Position numbers and translations under genes: made by a program. A stretch of 46,976 nt of DNA from IMG/VR virus record IMGVR_UViG_3300036779_000030, positions 1-46,976 of that record. One strand, 5' to 3'. This document shows positions 34,792 to 44,991 of the stretch, piece after piece; position 1 is the first letter of the stretch; each line of letters starts with the position of its first letter. The notes beneath the pieces were generated by a model, which was given only the letters and a program-made list of their open reading frames with translations, was not told the DNA's origin and searched no databases. The stretch is from a virus. Taxonomy: Duplodnaviria > Caudoviricetes.

Positions 34792-37521
34792 CTACTTTGT
34801 GCTTAGTCTCTTCTCTACTGCCTTTATCCGGGCAACTAGCTGTGCGATAATCTTATTGTCCGTAGACTGAGAACTGCTAGACAGCCCTATTATAGGTACA
34901 ACATTGATTACCGGCTGCTGCGTAGCGTCGGCCGTTAGCGTTACCCCGGAAACGATGTCGGTATATGAATCACCATTACGTATCTGAACAGATACAATAT
35001 CACCAAGATTGAAATCTCGTCCGAACACCAAGAATGGCGTATCGGTAACGGTAGTATTCATGTTCGGGCCTAGCGTTCCGGAAATCAGCGCGTCCTGCGC
35101 GGCCGCAGTAAGGTTCGGAGTACTTGTTTCCGACGAGTTATCAATATACTGCTCAACCTTATTCCACTGAGTTGTTAGGTTAGATTCTGCCTGTACGAAA
35201 GCCGTAGAACCCTGAACAAGAGCATCAGTACACGTCGGATCAGTTAGCGAGAACGAAATCGACGTCAAGTTACCAGTATCCTCTGAGAACCATGCCGTCT
35301 TAGACAGGTCGCGCGGAATAAAAACATCGAACAGAAGCCGATTGCCGTTCTGCGTTATTCGCAGCCCCATCCTTGTGCCGTCTTGTATACTATTAGTGTT
35401 GTTCTGCGCTATCAGCGACCGAATAACATCAAGCAGATTCAGATCAACGCCAGAGTTAAACTTGGCGACGTAGTTGACGGCAGGACCGCGCCCCTGATCA
35501 GGAGCTATATCAAGCAACGACATCTGCCGAGATGAAATGGCTCCCGAACCTACGTTAAGATTGACGAGGTTCTTAATTGCCGTCTCAAGTTGTACATTGA
35601 CCATGGCATAGGCGTCATTAGTCAATTGTGCTGACCATGCCTTCGTAGGAGCCGGGTATACGATCCTGTTCGCGAGAAGCGAAAGGTAATCCGCGCCAGA
35701 CAAGGAGATGAACGGTCCCGCTAGTCCACCACCAGACGTTATCCCGGTAGAGCCGGGAACCGAGTCCATATACGACGGCTGCTCACATTTACCGCCGAAC
35801 GTAAAGAGACCACGCCAGTTAACACGAATGATAAATTCTCCGTTGATCGGCGCATGCATCATTTGATTCCACAAGGCATCCGAGTACTCAGCAAGAATGG
35901 ACCATGATCCTACAGCATTGTAGTAAAGCTGCGCATTCACGGTCGCGTACTGAATAAGCCCTTGGCTATTGAGATTGTTATCAAGAAGTTCAACCCAGAC
36001 TTCACTAGGCGGTATCGGCGGCGTAACAGCGAGAGAAATTGTGTTCGCCCATGAAGTATAGTGGATAGCTATTTCAGAAGCGCTAAGCGTACGATTGTAA
36101 ATAGCTACATGAGATATGCTCCCGGTAAAGAAACCAGATGGTCCGCTAATACCAGCATTATTGACAAATGTGTTGCCCATACGCCAATATCGAGAACCAG
36201 CCTGTACACCTGGAACTGACAATGTACCGTCTTGTACGCCATCTCGGTAAATTGCCATATTATAGCCATCAAATGTTGCTGCGCAATGATGCCACTTCCC
36301 ATCATTCGACGTGGATGAATCAACACAATACAGAGCACCAGGACCCTGATAATATTGGAACGTGGCCAATGTTGTTCCTGGACTATTTCTCATATGTACA
36401 CTAGGCGCAGCAACTGAGCCACCAGGAGGCGAACCAGGCGCAGCAGCATTAAGCTCTACCATACCACTTATCGTACCGGTAGTCTTGTAGAAGAATTCAA
36501 CAGTATATGACGAACGATTAGTAGCAATAGTCCATGCTGTTGAATCAACAATACCGCCGGAAACACCATCGAAAGTTGCCGCATAAGGCTGACCCCATGG
36601 ATCACGAGTACCAAGAACAACCCCGCCGTATATGATTCCTGTTGAATTTGACACAAGTTCATGCGCGGTAGCGGAGCCGGAGGAATCAGTTAGTGGCCAA
36701 TACCGCGACGGACCTGCGGAGACGATGTTGTTCTGGTAGCTTAGGTATGCTGGCGGAGGAGCTGGAGTCACCCATGTATTATAATAAACACCATAGTGAG
36801 CAGCAACTTCATTCGCACTTATCGCACGGCTGTAGATCGCTACATGCGATAGGCTTCCGGTAAACCAGCCATCACCACTACTAGTACCTTGACTTGTTCG
36901 CCTTGTATGGCCCATACGCCAGTACGACGTAGCCACAAAATCGTTAAGACTAGATGCTGTATTATTTAGGATACCATCCCGATACAGCGACAGTTTAGCA
37001 GATCCATCAAAAGTTATTACACAATGATGCCAATTATTGAAATTAGTGACGGAAGAATCAGCAACAGTAACTGCTCCGTGCGCAGTAGAGTAGTCAGTAC
37101 ATGATAGAATTGTACCGTTCGTTGCCATATATACCGTCGGCGCAAACGATCCACCTATACCACTACCAGAACCGGAACCACTATTGAACTCAATCATGCC
37201 ACCAACAGCACCAGGCGTCCTGTAAAAGAACTCAATCGAATATGGCGAATTGACAGTAGCAATACTCCACGCAGTAGAATCGATAATCTCCCCGGTAGCA
37301 CCATCAAAAGCAGCAGCACTATACTGATCCCATGGATCACTAGCCCCAAGAGTAACTCCGCCATAGATATTCCCGGATGAATTAGATGCCAAGTCCGTAA
37401 CGGAACTAGAGCCTACAGCATCATCAAGCGGCCAATAGCGAACGGGATTCGATGCCATCACAGCAGACTTGTACGGACTAGATAGCGTCGTGACCGCTTG
37501 CTGCTCAGCGCTCTCGCTCAT
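34792..37521 (-). CDS. Tail hub-type minor tail protein (ReqiPepy6 gp37-like) with two LamG/ConA domains
   Basis: Two RYWPL.D...WHHC..TFDG...G..SHVAIY.R repeats; C-terminal GRDFNLGDIVSV. Confidence 0.85.
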   Translation of the reverse strand: MSESAEQQAVTTLSSPYKSAVMASNPVRYWPLDDAVGSSSVTDLASNSSGNIYGGVTLGASDPWDQYSAAAFDGATGEIIDSTAWSIATVNSPYSIEFFYRTPGAVGGMIEFNSGSGSGSGIGGSFAPTVYMATNGTILSCTDYSTAHGAVTVADSSVTNFNNWHHCVITFDGSAKLSLYRDGILNNTASSLNDFVATSYWRMGHTRRTSQGTSSGDGWFTGSLSHVAIYSRAISANEVAAHYGVYYNTWVTPAPPPAYLSYQNNIVSAGPSRYWPLTDSSGSATAHELVSNSTGIIYGGVVLGTRDPWGQPYAATFDGVSGGIVDSTAWTIATNRSSYTVEFFYKTTGTISGMVELNAAAPGSPPGGSVAAPSVHMRNSPGTTLATFQYYQGPGALYCVDSSTSNDGKWHHCAATFDGYNMAIYRDGVQDGTLSVPGVQAGSRYWRMGNTFVNNAGISGPSGFFTGSISHVAIYNRTLSASEIAIHYTSWANTISLAVTPPIPPSEVWVELLDNNLNSQGLIQYATVNAQLYYNAVGSWSILAEYSDALWNQMMHAPINGEFIIRVNWRGLFTFGGKCEQPSYMDSVPGSTGITSGGGLAGPFISLSGADYLSLLANRIVYPAPTKAWSAQLTNDAYAMVNVQLETAIKNLVNLNVGSGAISSRQMSLLDIAPDQGRGPAVNYVAKFNSGVDLNLLDVIRSLIAQNNTNSIQDGTRMGLRITQNGNRLLFDVFIPRDLSKTAWFSEDTGNLTSISFSLTDPTCTDALVQGSTAFVQAESNLTTQWNKVEQYIDNSSETSTPNLTAAAQDALISGTLGPNMNTTVTDTPFLVFGRDFNLGDIVSVQIRNGDSYTDIVSGVTLTADATQQPVINVVPIIGLSSSSQSTDNKIIAQLVARIKAVEKRLSTK

Positions 37522-38426
37522 GCTCGTCCCCACCTATTCGTCCATGTTACCGAAACGCTTGATGCCGGAGTAGCTCCAGCAAGCGTTATCGTCACACTAT
37601 TGTTGCCAGACACTAGAGGCCACAGATCTCTAGGCGAATTGGTAACAAGCTGACTCCACACATTAGCTCCGGTCGAAAGGTTTACTGCCTTCTGCTGCCC
37701 TCGCTTAGTGACTACTTGTACCTGTTGTCCGGTCGGTACCGGAGCACTAAGGCTCCATGAACGGTTAGGGCTGACAGTATTGTTTGTTATCGTAGGTGTG
37801 CCAGGACCAGTAATTGTCCATGTCGGGAAAGCTAGTGATGTACCCTTATTGATAATCACATTATTGCCAATAATAGCTGCGCCATTAAATGCTACCGGCA
37901 GCAACGGAAGAATGCCAACTGCTGCCTTAGACTGAGCATAAACTATTCGATTGAGAACTAGATCACTCCAGAATGGATCCGGAGTCGAAAGCGAGAACGA
38001 ATACAATGACATATTATTAAGACCAACATCAGGAGTATCAAGGCCTGATGTCGTGTACGTCGTTATCTGTCGCGCACTTCCGTCCGGACGCTGTATTATT
38101 AGCGTGCCTGGTTGTGGATTCTCGTTGCGTCGAGTCAGGAACGCACGCACTATACCATCTAGCAAAGTATAGTAGTCATTCTCGCTATCGCTTGCGGGAC
38201 GCGTGACAAGAACCGCGAGGCCGATCGTCCCCGGCTGTGGAATGTAAACGTTAGGAATCGCGGTACCGTCCAGGAATGGGATAATCTGCATCATAACCGG
38301 GAATCCCTCGATCCCCGCGATGGCCGAACATACATACCCATTCTTCATCGTGCGATCCGACAGATTCCACGTATTGCCATCCGGATCAATATACGTAATG
38401 GTCAACGGTATCGGCGCAATAGACAT
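37518..38426 (-). CDS. Distal tail protein
   Basis: Follows the tape measure gene; PDPFW, N.G...AFPTWTITGP, LWPL..G.N. Confidence 0.85.
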   Translation of the reverse strand: MSIAPIPLTITYIDPDGNTWNLSDRTMKNGYVCSAIAGIEGFPVMMQIIPFLDGTAIPNVYIPQPGTIGLAVLVTRPASDSENDYYTLLDGIVRAFLTRRNENPQPGTLIIQRPDGSARQITTYTTSGLDTPDVGLNNMSLYSFSLSTPDPFWSDLVLNRIVYAQSKAAVGILPLLPVAFNGAAIIGNNVIINKGTSLAFPTWTITGPGTPTITNNTVSPNRSWSLSAPVPTGQQVQVVTKRGQQKAVNLSTGANVWSQLVTNSPRDLWPLVSGNNSVTITLAGATPASSVSVTWTNRWGRA

Positions 38427-41400
38427 CAAGACCGCCTCCCTTGCCTAAACATAGCACCTTGCTGCATATTCATCAACTGGAACGCGGTACGCACATGAGA
38501 CTCAATAGCCGCGCCGGTTAGGCCATCGAAGTGTGCATGGTACTGAGTGCCTCCGACGGCCATTGTCTTTGATTCCGCTGGTGACAGAATTCGCTCCGGC
38601 TGTCCTGTCATATTATACGCGAGCGTTACGCCGGTAGGCAGCCATCCTCCAGAATCATACCCGTGACCGGAACCCATACCGCGCCCGCCACTCATAAGAC
38701 CAGCACCGTATACGTGCCTTGCGTAGTTAATTGCGGAAGCAACATTAGCGAGCGGGTCATATATATTGCTGGACGTACCCGGAACATGGTACTGCGCAAA
38801 CGTCGAGCCGATCACCTGTAGAAGACCGCGCGACGGGTCACCCATCTTTGCATTGATGTCCGAGAGGTTGATGGCATACGGATTACCTCCAGATTCAGTT
38901 TGCATTTGATATAGAACCTGTCGACCCAAGGACTGCGGCAGCCCCAGCAGGGTAAGTGCCTTTGACACTATGCCGGCCCACTGCGCCACACCCTTCGTTA
39001 CGGCCCCTATGCCGCTTACCGTACCACTAGTGCCACCACCTCCGAATAGCCAGCCCCATGCGCTCTTGACGGCACTGCTAGCAGTACCCCACACACTAGA
39101 AAGTGCACTCATCGCCGCCTTAGGCAACTTCGAGACGTCTATCGCGCCCTTCTGAATATAATTCAGCAGAGCCTTCGGCCAGCCGCCGAATATGTCGCCG
39201 ACAAACTTGTCGAGATGCTTGCCCTGCTCAATCATGCCGGAAATAACACCAGTTATGAGTTCCTTGCCTATAGGCTTCATAGACGTAGCAGCTGAATGAA
39301 TGCCAAACACAGACTTAACAGCCCTGAGGAGCGGTTCATAAATGTATTGCTTAATCCAGTTTGTAATGTCCTTGAAGACATTAAGCATGCCCTGAAGCAA
39401 ACCGTTGATGATAGCTTCGCCGGAACTAAGCAGCCATGTACCGGCGTCGCTGAAGAAGCTCTTGATATTGTTCCATATTTGCTCGACGACTGTCTTGATT
39501 GTATCCCATGCGTTCCTCCACCGACCGGTAAGCAAGTCGAGGCCGACGGTAATGATGCCAACGACAATATCCCACGCCGTCTTGATGATTAGCTTAATAG
39601 CATCAAAGCCGAATATAACGGTACTCTTGAATACTCCCCAGAATATATTCCAAGCAGCGCTGATGATATCCATTGCTACTTTGAAGATAATCTCAATAGT
39701 GCTCCAAGCACCTTTAGTCAATATGACGATGATGTTCCATGTTGTAGACAAAAAGTTCTTTAGTATATTGAATCCGGCCGTAAGAAATTGCCACGCTATT
39801 TGAGCAGCACCCTTAATAGCAGTCCACATAAAGTTCCATACAATTACGGCTGACTGCCCGTTCGTCTGCCACCACTTCTGGAAGCTATCATATGCTTTCC
39901 GAATGGGATTGAATACAGCACCCGCAAAACTAGCGACATTATGCCTAATATCATCAAATGTAGTAGATACCCAACTCCTCATACCATCAAACGCAGCCCT
40001 AGTATCAGACGCAACACCATCCCATACTGCGGCAACATCATGCCTGATAAGATCGAACCAATGAGCTATGTCATGATGGAACTTAATGACCAATGTGATA
40101 ATGGTGTCGAATACCCCGACCGGGAATACGAGCCACTTATCCCATGCCCAGTTCTTCTTGACCCAATCTGCTATATTCTTGAAAGCGGTTTCAACCTTCG
40201 GGAAGTTCTTCTCAATCCAGTCGGCAAATAGCGTAAGGTAAGCGATAGCATTAACCATAGCTATAACGATTTGGAATAGGAAGTTGACGAAGTCGGCAAA
40301 CGCCTTTGGGTTCTTCGCAACAGCATCCGCAACTCGCGTTATAGATTGTGCCAGCGATACCATTCCACCAGTAACATCCGGAGACATCGCCTTCATCAAC
40401 GCCGCGAACGCACCAGCTATAGCAAGGATTGATTGCTTAACAGCAGGCTGCATAAACGCCTTAATTAGTGTACCGGCGAATACCTGAATCGGCCCGGCTA
40501 TAGTAGCCATAGCCAGCTTGAATATTGGAGACATCACCTTGGTAGCATCAATAAGCAACTTCAAAATATTCTGAATTACTGGAACGAATGGAGTTCCTAT
40601 ATCTTTGATCTTACTCTTGGCTACATTAGAGAAGTCAGTGAAATTCTTAGTGAGCCTCCCAGTCATTACCGCGCCGAGAATACCTACGCCAGCAAGAGCC
40701 GATCCTAGCCCAGCAACTATCCCACCAGCAATAGCCTGTACGATAAATGGAACCGCTACTGCGCCAGCACCAACAAGAGCAGCAGTAAGAGAAGGCACCG
40801 CAGCCGCACCAGCGCCAGCAGCGGGACCAGCCGCCGGAGCAGCCGCTGCCGGAGCAGCCGCCGCACCACCACCACCACCACCTCCGCCAAAGAAACCGCC
40901 AAGACCACCAAAAAAATTCATGATGTTGCCAAGAACACCGCTACCGGCCGACGCAGCACCCGACACCGTCGATACGGCACTTTCCGCGCCAGACAGGGTA
41001 AGGTCCTTCTTGCCACCTACGCCTCCAGCGCTTACGCCGACTTTATCCCCGAGCAACTTCAGCTCAGCAAGCTTAGCTAGCGCACCTTTCGTATTGAAAT
41101 CTAGCTTGATGTTTTTCGACGCATCAGCTAGTGCCTTAACATCACCCTCGATAAGCGCTAGGTGAACAGCAGCCTTATCAGAATCGATAATGTTCATATG
41201 GCCAAGAAGATCAAGATCCTTGCGCAATCGCTCTATCTTGGCATCTACATCAGTTGCGTCACCACCAATCTTCGCCTTCGGAAGCGAATCAAGGATCTCC
41301 TTCATTCGCTCCTTGAACGTCGTACCGAAATCCTTGGCCGAGTCATCCCCGGCTCCGGACATCTTGTCGGTAATGCCGCTACCGATCTCATCACCGACAT

Positions 41401-41512
41401 CATCACCGATTTTCCGGGAATCCGGAATCAATTGCTGACGAAGCTTGTCTTCCCAACCGCGAGCATCAGGAACGACGCCGACCGAAACGGAACCTACGAA
41501 GATGTCGGTCAT
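38426..41512 (-). CDS. Tape measure protein with C-terminal lytic transglycosylase domain
   Basis: 1028 aa; W-periodic amphipathic repeats; QMQTESGGNP...GLLQ...DPLAN. Confidence 0.93.
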   Translation of the reverse strand: MTDIFVGSVSVGVVPDARGWEDKLRQQLIPDSRKIGDDVGDEIGSGITDKMSGAGDDSAKDFGTTFKERMKEILDSLPKAKIGGDATDVDAKIERLRKDLDLLGHMNIIDSDKAAVHLALIEGDVKALADASKNIKLDFNTKGALAKLAELKLLGDKVGVSAGGVGGKKDLTLSGAESAVSTVSGAASAGSGVLGNIMNFFGGLGGFFGGGGGGGGAAAAPAAAAPAAGPAAGAGAAAVPSLTAALVGAGAVAVPFIVQAIAGGIVAGLGSALAGVGILGAVMTGRLTKNFTDFSNVAKSKIKDIGTPFVPVIQNILKLLIDATKVMSPIFKLAMATIAGPIQVFAGTLIKAFMQPAVKQSILAIAGAFAALMKAMSPDVTGGMVSLAQSITRVADAVAKNPKAFADFVNFLFQIVIAMVNAIAYLTLFADWIEKNFPKVETAFKNIADWVKKNWAWDKWLVFPVGVFDTIITLVIKFHHDIAHWFDLIRHDVAAVWDGVASDTRAAFDGMRSWVSTTFDDIRHNVASFAGAVFNPIRKAYDSFQKWWQTNGQSAVIVWNFMWTAIKGAAQIAWQFLTAGFNILKNFLSTTWNIIVILTKGAWSTIEIIFKVAMDIISAAWNIFWGVFKSTVIFGFDAIKLIIKTAWDIVVGIITVGLDLLTGRWRNAWDTIKTVVEQIWNNIKSFFSDAGTWLLSSGEAIINGLLQGMLNVFKDITNWIKQYIYEPLLRAVKSVFGIHSAATSMKPIGKELITGVISGMIEQGKHLDKFVGDIFGGWPKALLNYIQKGAIDVSKLPKAAMSALSSVWGTASSAVKSAWGWLFGGGGTSGTVSGIGAVTKGVAQWAGIVSKALTLLGLPQSLGRQVLYQMQTESGGNPYAINLSDINAKMGDPSRGLLQVIGSTFAQYHVPGTSSNIYDPLANVASAINYARHVYGAGLMSGGRGMGSGHGYDSGGWLPTGVTLAYNMTGQPERILSPAESKTMAVGGTQYHAHFDGLTGAAIESHVRTAFQLMNMQQGAMFRQGRRS

Positions 41513-42323
41513 TACGGAGCACCCCTCCCGGACATGCGTTCACGCACTTCGTCATCATCTAGGCCACGTAGACGTGGGTCTAGTGTTCGCGCGGCTTCGA
41601 TACTCATCACCTTACCGCGCGGAGCCTCCATGCCGGGACGGCGAACAAATACAGGCTTTGGGATATTCTTCTTGTCCGAATTCGCGTTCGCGAACATCCA
41701 GTTCAGCTGCCGCATTTCATCGATGAGTGCGGCAGTAAGCATCTCAAGAACACTCCACGGTGCCTGCGCGGAATCGCCAGCAGAGATAGCGAGCATCTCA
41801 GCTGATGTCGAGTTCCGTATCGCAGTATTCAAGGCACTCTCCGGTGGGAGATGGTCTACCAGTACCAGTAGCCTACGCCAGGAAAGATCGCTTCCCAAGC
41901 TGGACAAGGCTACTCCGTAATAGCGCTGTAGGTCTGCTTCTACCTCCTCCGGGAATGATTCTGTGACCCAGAGCGCCTTCTGGATTTTCCCGTGTTCAAC
42001 CTCGATTGCCTACCGCACTCGTTGAACACTGCCTCGACTTGGTAGTTGAACAGGTCAGCATCGACCCACACCTGGAACTCCGCGTCGTCATCGATGACTT
42101 CACGTGCCCATGTGTCCCAGTCTCCGTTGGAAGCCGCGCGCATAGCAGTTGATGACCACTCCTTCGCATGCGCGACATGAACGATCTTGCCGTCCAGGCG
42201 CACCGTCGTCTTCTCCCCGACGTTCTCTCTGCGCAGAACTTCATCGAGTGCATCAAGGTCGACATCGACCGGCATCTCATCATCAACCGTCTCCGGTGAC
42301 GGCACCCACTCGTCGGCGCTCAC
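41512..42323 (-). CDS. Tail assembly chaperone pair, G (41940-42323) and GT via -1 frameshift
   Basis: Slippery GGGAAAA at 41985-41991; -1 frame KIQKALWVTESFPEEVEADLQRYYG runs into 41512..41907. Confidence 0.88.
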
Positions 42324-43231
42324 GTGAAGTACGCAGACATGTCTTGGCCGTAACTGATGTAGCGCTGCGCTACGGCGTTTTGAACGGTACCGATCGTACC
42401 GGGGTAGAACGTGAACGTCAGGTCGGTCATGACGATGTCGCCCTGCTGCGTCTGGTCGTTACCGCGCGCCGTCACCTTGGCGAATGGCGCATAGAGACGA
42501 CTCCGCTTCACGCCGTCGATCGAATCGAAGATCAGCGAGTACCGGTTGTCGGCCGGAGGGTCCGGGATGATGTAAACGGCCGTGAAGTTGCCGATGGTCA
42601 GCGAGACAGCAGCGCCGGTCGCGGTAGCAGGTATGGACATCACGAAGCTTGTGCCTGCCGTAACCGACACGACAGTTGCGCCCGGCGGTACTCCGGTGCC
42701 TGACACGCTCTTGCCGACGTCAGTAGCGACACACGCCGAGTCGGTAACGAGCGTGCTGTTGATGGTAGTGCCACAAGCGGCGTCCACACGACCTGGCGCT
42801 GGCTTGAGCGGCGACGATGCGACCGGGAAGATCGTCACATCGTCGTACAACGACTGAACGTATGGATTCATTGCCTCCAGGAAAACCGCCTGACAGGTCT
42901 TGACGCCGCCGGTGAGAATCGACCGGATCGGAGTCAGCACCCCGGCCGCCGGAATGTCCTTGATGGTCTCGTCGAGCTTGAAGATGTAGCCGGATACGTC
43001 CGACCAGCCACAGCACTTGTAGGTCGCGCCGGTAATAGACGATGGGTCTTCGAACGCGGTTGGCGGATAGAGGTTCGGCGGGCCGACCCACACGACGACA
43101 TCGCCCGCCGCGTAGAGAAGCTGGTTGTTCTTGTAAGGACCGGTGCCGGGAAGTGGCAAGCCAGTGAGCGGCGTAGGGCTATTAACCCCATACCCTTCGA
43201 CTTCTGCTGTTTGCTGCCTTGCGGGTGACAT
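42320..43231 (-). CDS. Major tail protein
   Basis: Position before the chaperones; GW.DVSG..F and DLTFTFYP. Confidence 0.85.
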   Translation of the reverse strand: MSPARQQTAEVEGYGVNSPTPLTGLPLPGTGPYKNNQLLYAAGDVVVWVGPPNLYPPTAFEDPSSITGATYKCCGWSDVSGYIFKLDETIKDIPAAGVLTPIRSILTGGVKTCQAVFLEAMNPYVQSLYDDVTIFPVASSPLKPAPGRVDAACGTTINSTLVTDSACVATDVGKSVSGTGVPPGATVVSVTAGTSFVMSIPATATGAAVSLTIGNFTAVYIIPDPPADNRYSLIFDSIDGVKRSRLYAPFAKVTARGNDQTQQGDIVMTDLTFTFYPGTIGTVQNAVAQRYISYGQDMSAYFT

Positions 43232-43242
43232 TTTGTTCCCTC

Positions 43243-43632
43243 CTAGGGATGTACGCTAAGTTCGTAAGTTGCCGAATAACGGACTAGCTTTGGGTTGACC
43301 TCCGGAAGTTGTCGCGGACTGCTTACCGTTGTTACGTGCTGAATTACTCCATTCGATACGATCGCACTCATGAGCGACATCATCTGTGACTGGATCTCTC
43401 TCGCGGCATTCGAGACGTTGCCAATCTGGGACTTAAAGCCAAACACATCAATATCAACAACTGGACGATCAAGACCAACATGAACAACCGCGCCGCCAGT
43501 ACGCCGAATCCGGACTGTGATTCCGGCCGGATCGCCGAACGGCATAACAGTAACGAAACGAATGCCTGGATTCTGCGGGATTAGTGCGTACATCAACATC
43601 GTTTCCGGATCGGGAAATACTGGGTATGTCAT
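43243..43632 (-). CDS. Tail terminator protein
   Basis: FPDPE, RRTGG, DRPVVDIDVF; synteny. Confidence 0.8.
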   Translation of the reverse strand: MTYPVFPDPETMLMYALIPQNPGIRFVTVMPFGDPAGITVRIRRTGGAVVHVGLDRPVVDIDVFGFKSQIGNVSNAAREIQSQMMSLMSAIVSNGVIQHVTTVSSPRQLPEVNPKLVRYSATYELSVHP

Positions 43633-43970
43633 CAGCCAGCAACTCCCTTCCATGGAATGAATGCCGCGCGCTGAAGTATGTGCTCCGGCTCAGCACCCCA
43701 GTGAGCAAACTCTACATAGAACGCTTCTGGCGCATCATTATACACGACCGCTTCCGCGCGGTCATTCGTAGCGCCCGCATGAAGGCTTGATCGCACATGG
43801 AAGCTCGCCTTATACCGGCCCGGATGCTTGCTCTTGTAATCAACTGGAGCTATAACTTCCGCGCGCAGCTTGATCTCATTAGCGTACTGCTCCATAGCAA
43901 AACGCATTTCCTCGGAATTGAGCATTTGGCCAATTCCACTATGACTAGGAGTATACACAACATCACTCAT
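43632..43970 (-). CDS. Neck / tail completion protein (HK97 gp10-like)
   Basis: APVD...GRYKASF...A.YVEF; synteny. Confidence 0.75.
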   Translation of the reverse strand: MSDVVYTPSHSGIGQMLNSEEMRFAMEQYANEIKLRAEVIAPVDYKSKHPGRYKASFHVRSSLHAGATNDRAEAVVYNDAPEAFYVEFAHWGAEPEHILQRAAFIPWKGVAG

Positions 43971-44320
43971 GATGGTGATCCTCCTGAAACTAGCAACACG
44001 TTAATGCGGATGGGAGATATACGGCCGGAGAATGGCGATGTCCATGCCGAGATCGCACCTGTGACCTCGTAAGTATCTCCATTGTACTGAATTGCATCGA
44101 GAGCCGAGACATCCGTACCGCCAGGCATAAAGATTGTGTCCGTCGTCGACACCTGATCGGCGAAGATGAGATTCTCGGTACTTCCCGCAGGCTGGAATAC
44201 GCACTGTTGAATAGTCACCGGCGTTTCGGTGTATGTGTCGTTGCCGTACTCATCCTGCCCAGACACCGCACGCTTCAATAGCGTCATCGGCACGGCGAAC
44301 GGCATATATGGCATCGACAT
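43967..44320 (-). CDS. Head-to-tail stopper
   Basis: DEYGN...QP..STE...YEVTG; synteny. Confidence 0.8.
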   Translation of the reverse strand: MSMPYMPFAVPMTLLKRAVSGQDEYGNDTYTETPVTIQQCVFQPAGSTENLIFADQVSTTDTIFMPGGTDVSALDAIQYNGDTYEVTGAISAWTSPFSGRISPIRINVLLVSGGSPS

Positions 44321-44331
44321 GATTACACCTC

Positions 44332-44979
44332 CTACATCGCTATCCTCATAGTGCCCAAGCTCTTGCGGTAATCGGCAAGTACGGTCTTCATTCCGGCGTC
44401 AAGAAGCGCGGCATTCAAACCCGCGCCGGACGTACGCCGCATCGAGTACGAGTAAGCTCCGACCGACTCGCTCATCAAGGTTGCCGACATCGTAGGCGTC
44501 GCTAGCTCGGACGTAACAGCCGAACACAACACTGACGACACATCATCAGGAACATCCGAATACCCGTGAGAGCCGGTGATCTTGAAACTGCCACCCCACC
44601 AGAACGTCTCCTGGTACCATATTTCCGGAAGGTTGATTACCCCGGAGTACGCCGGGTTGAATACAACAATCTTGTCAACGCCATCAAAGTTGTACCAGGT
44701 AATCGGGATATCGGCAATACCCTGCGTTCCGGAAAGCGCAATAACCTCGGTAATGCTGATTATCGGTCTCCATGACGTCAGGACGATAACCCCGCCATCA
44801 GCCGCAAGAACGGTAGTGTCGGTGTCATAGAACTGAAAGTCCCTACGACAGAACCGCCTAAGAATCGCACTGCCATCATCGAGAAGCCCCTGTACCCGTG
44901 CGGCCTCGTTCTGATTCAGGTTGCGGCCCAGCCTCGCCGCAATATCATCCGGCGTGGCGAGACTGGGCAGCGTCGACAT
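44332..44979 (-). CDS. Head-to-tail adaptor
   Basis: LATPDDIAARLGR...SESVGAYSYS. Confidence 0.8.
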   Translation of the reverse strand: MSTLPSLATPDDIAARLGRNLNQNEAARVQGLLDDGSAILRRFCRRDFQFYDTDTTVLAADGGVIVLTSWRPIISITEVIALSGTQGIADIPITWYNFDGVDKIVVFNPAYSGVINLPEIWYQETFWWGGSFKITGSHGYSDVPDDVSSVLCSAVTSELATPTMSATLMSESVGAYSYSMRRTSGAGLNAALLDAGMKTVLADYRKSLGTMRIAM

Positions 44980-44991
44980 TGAATTTCCCTT

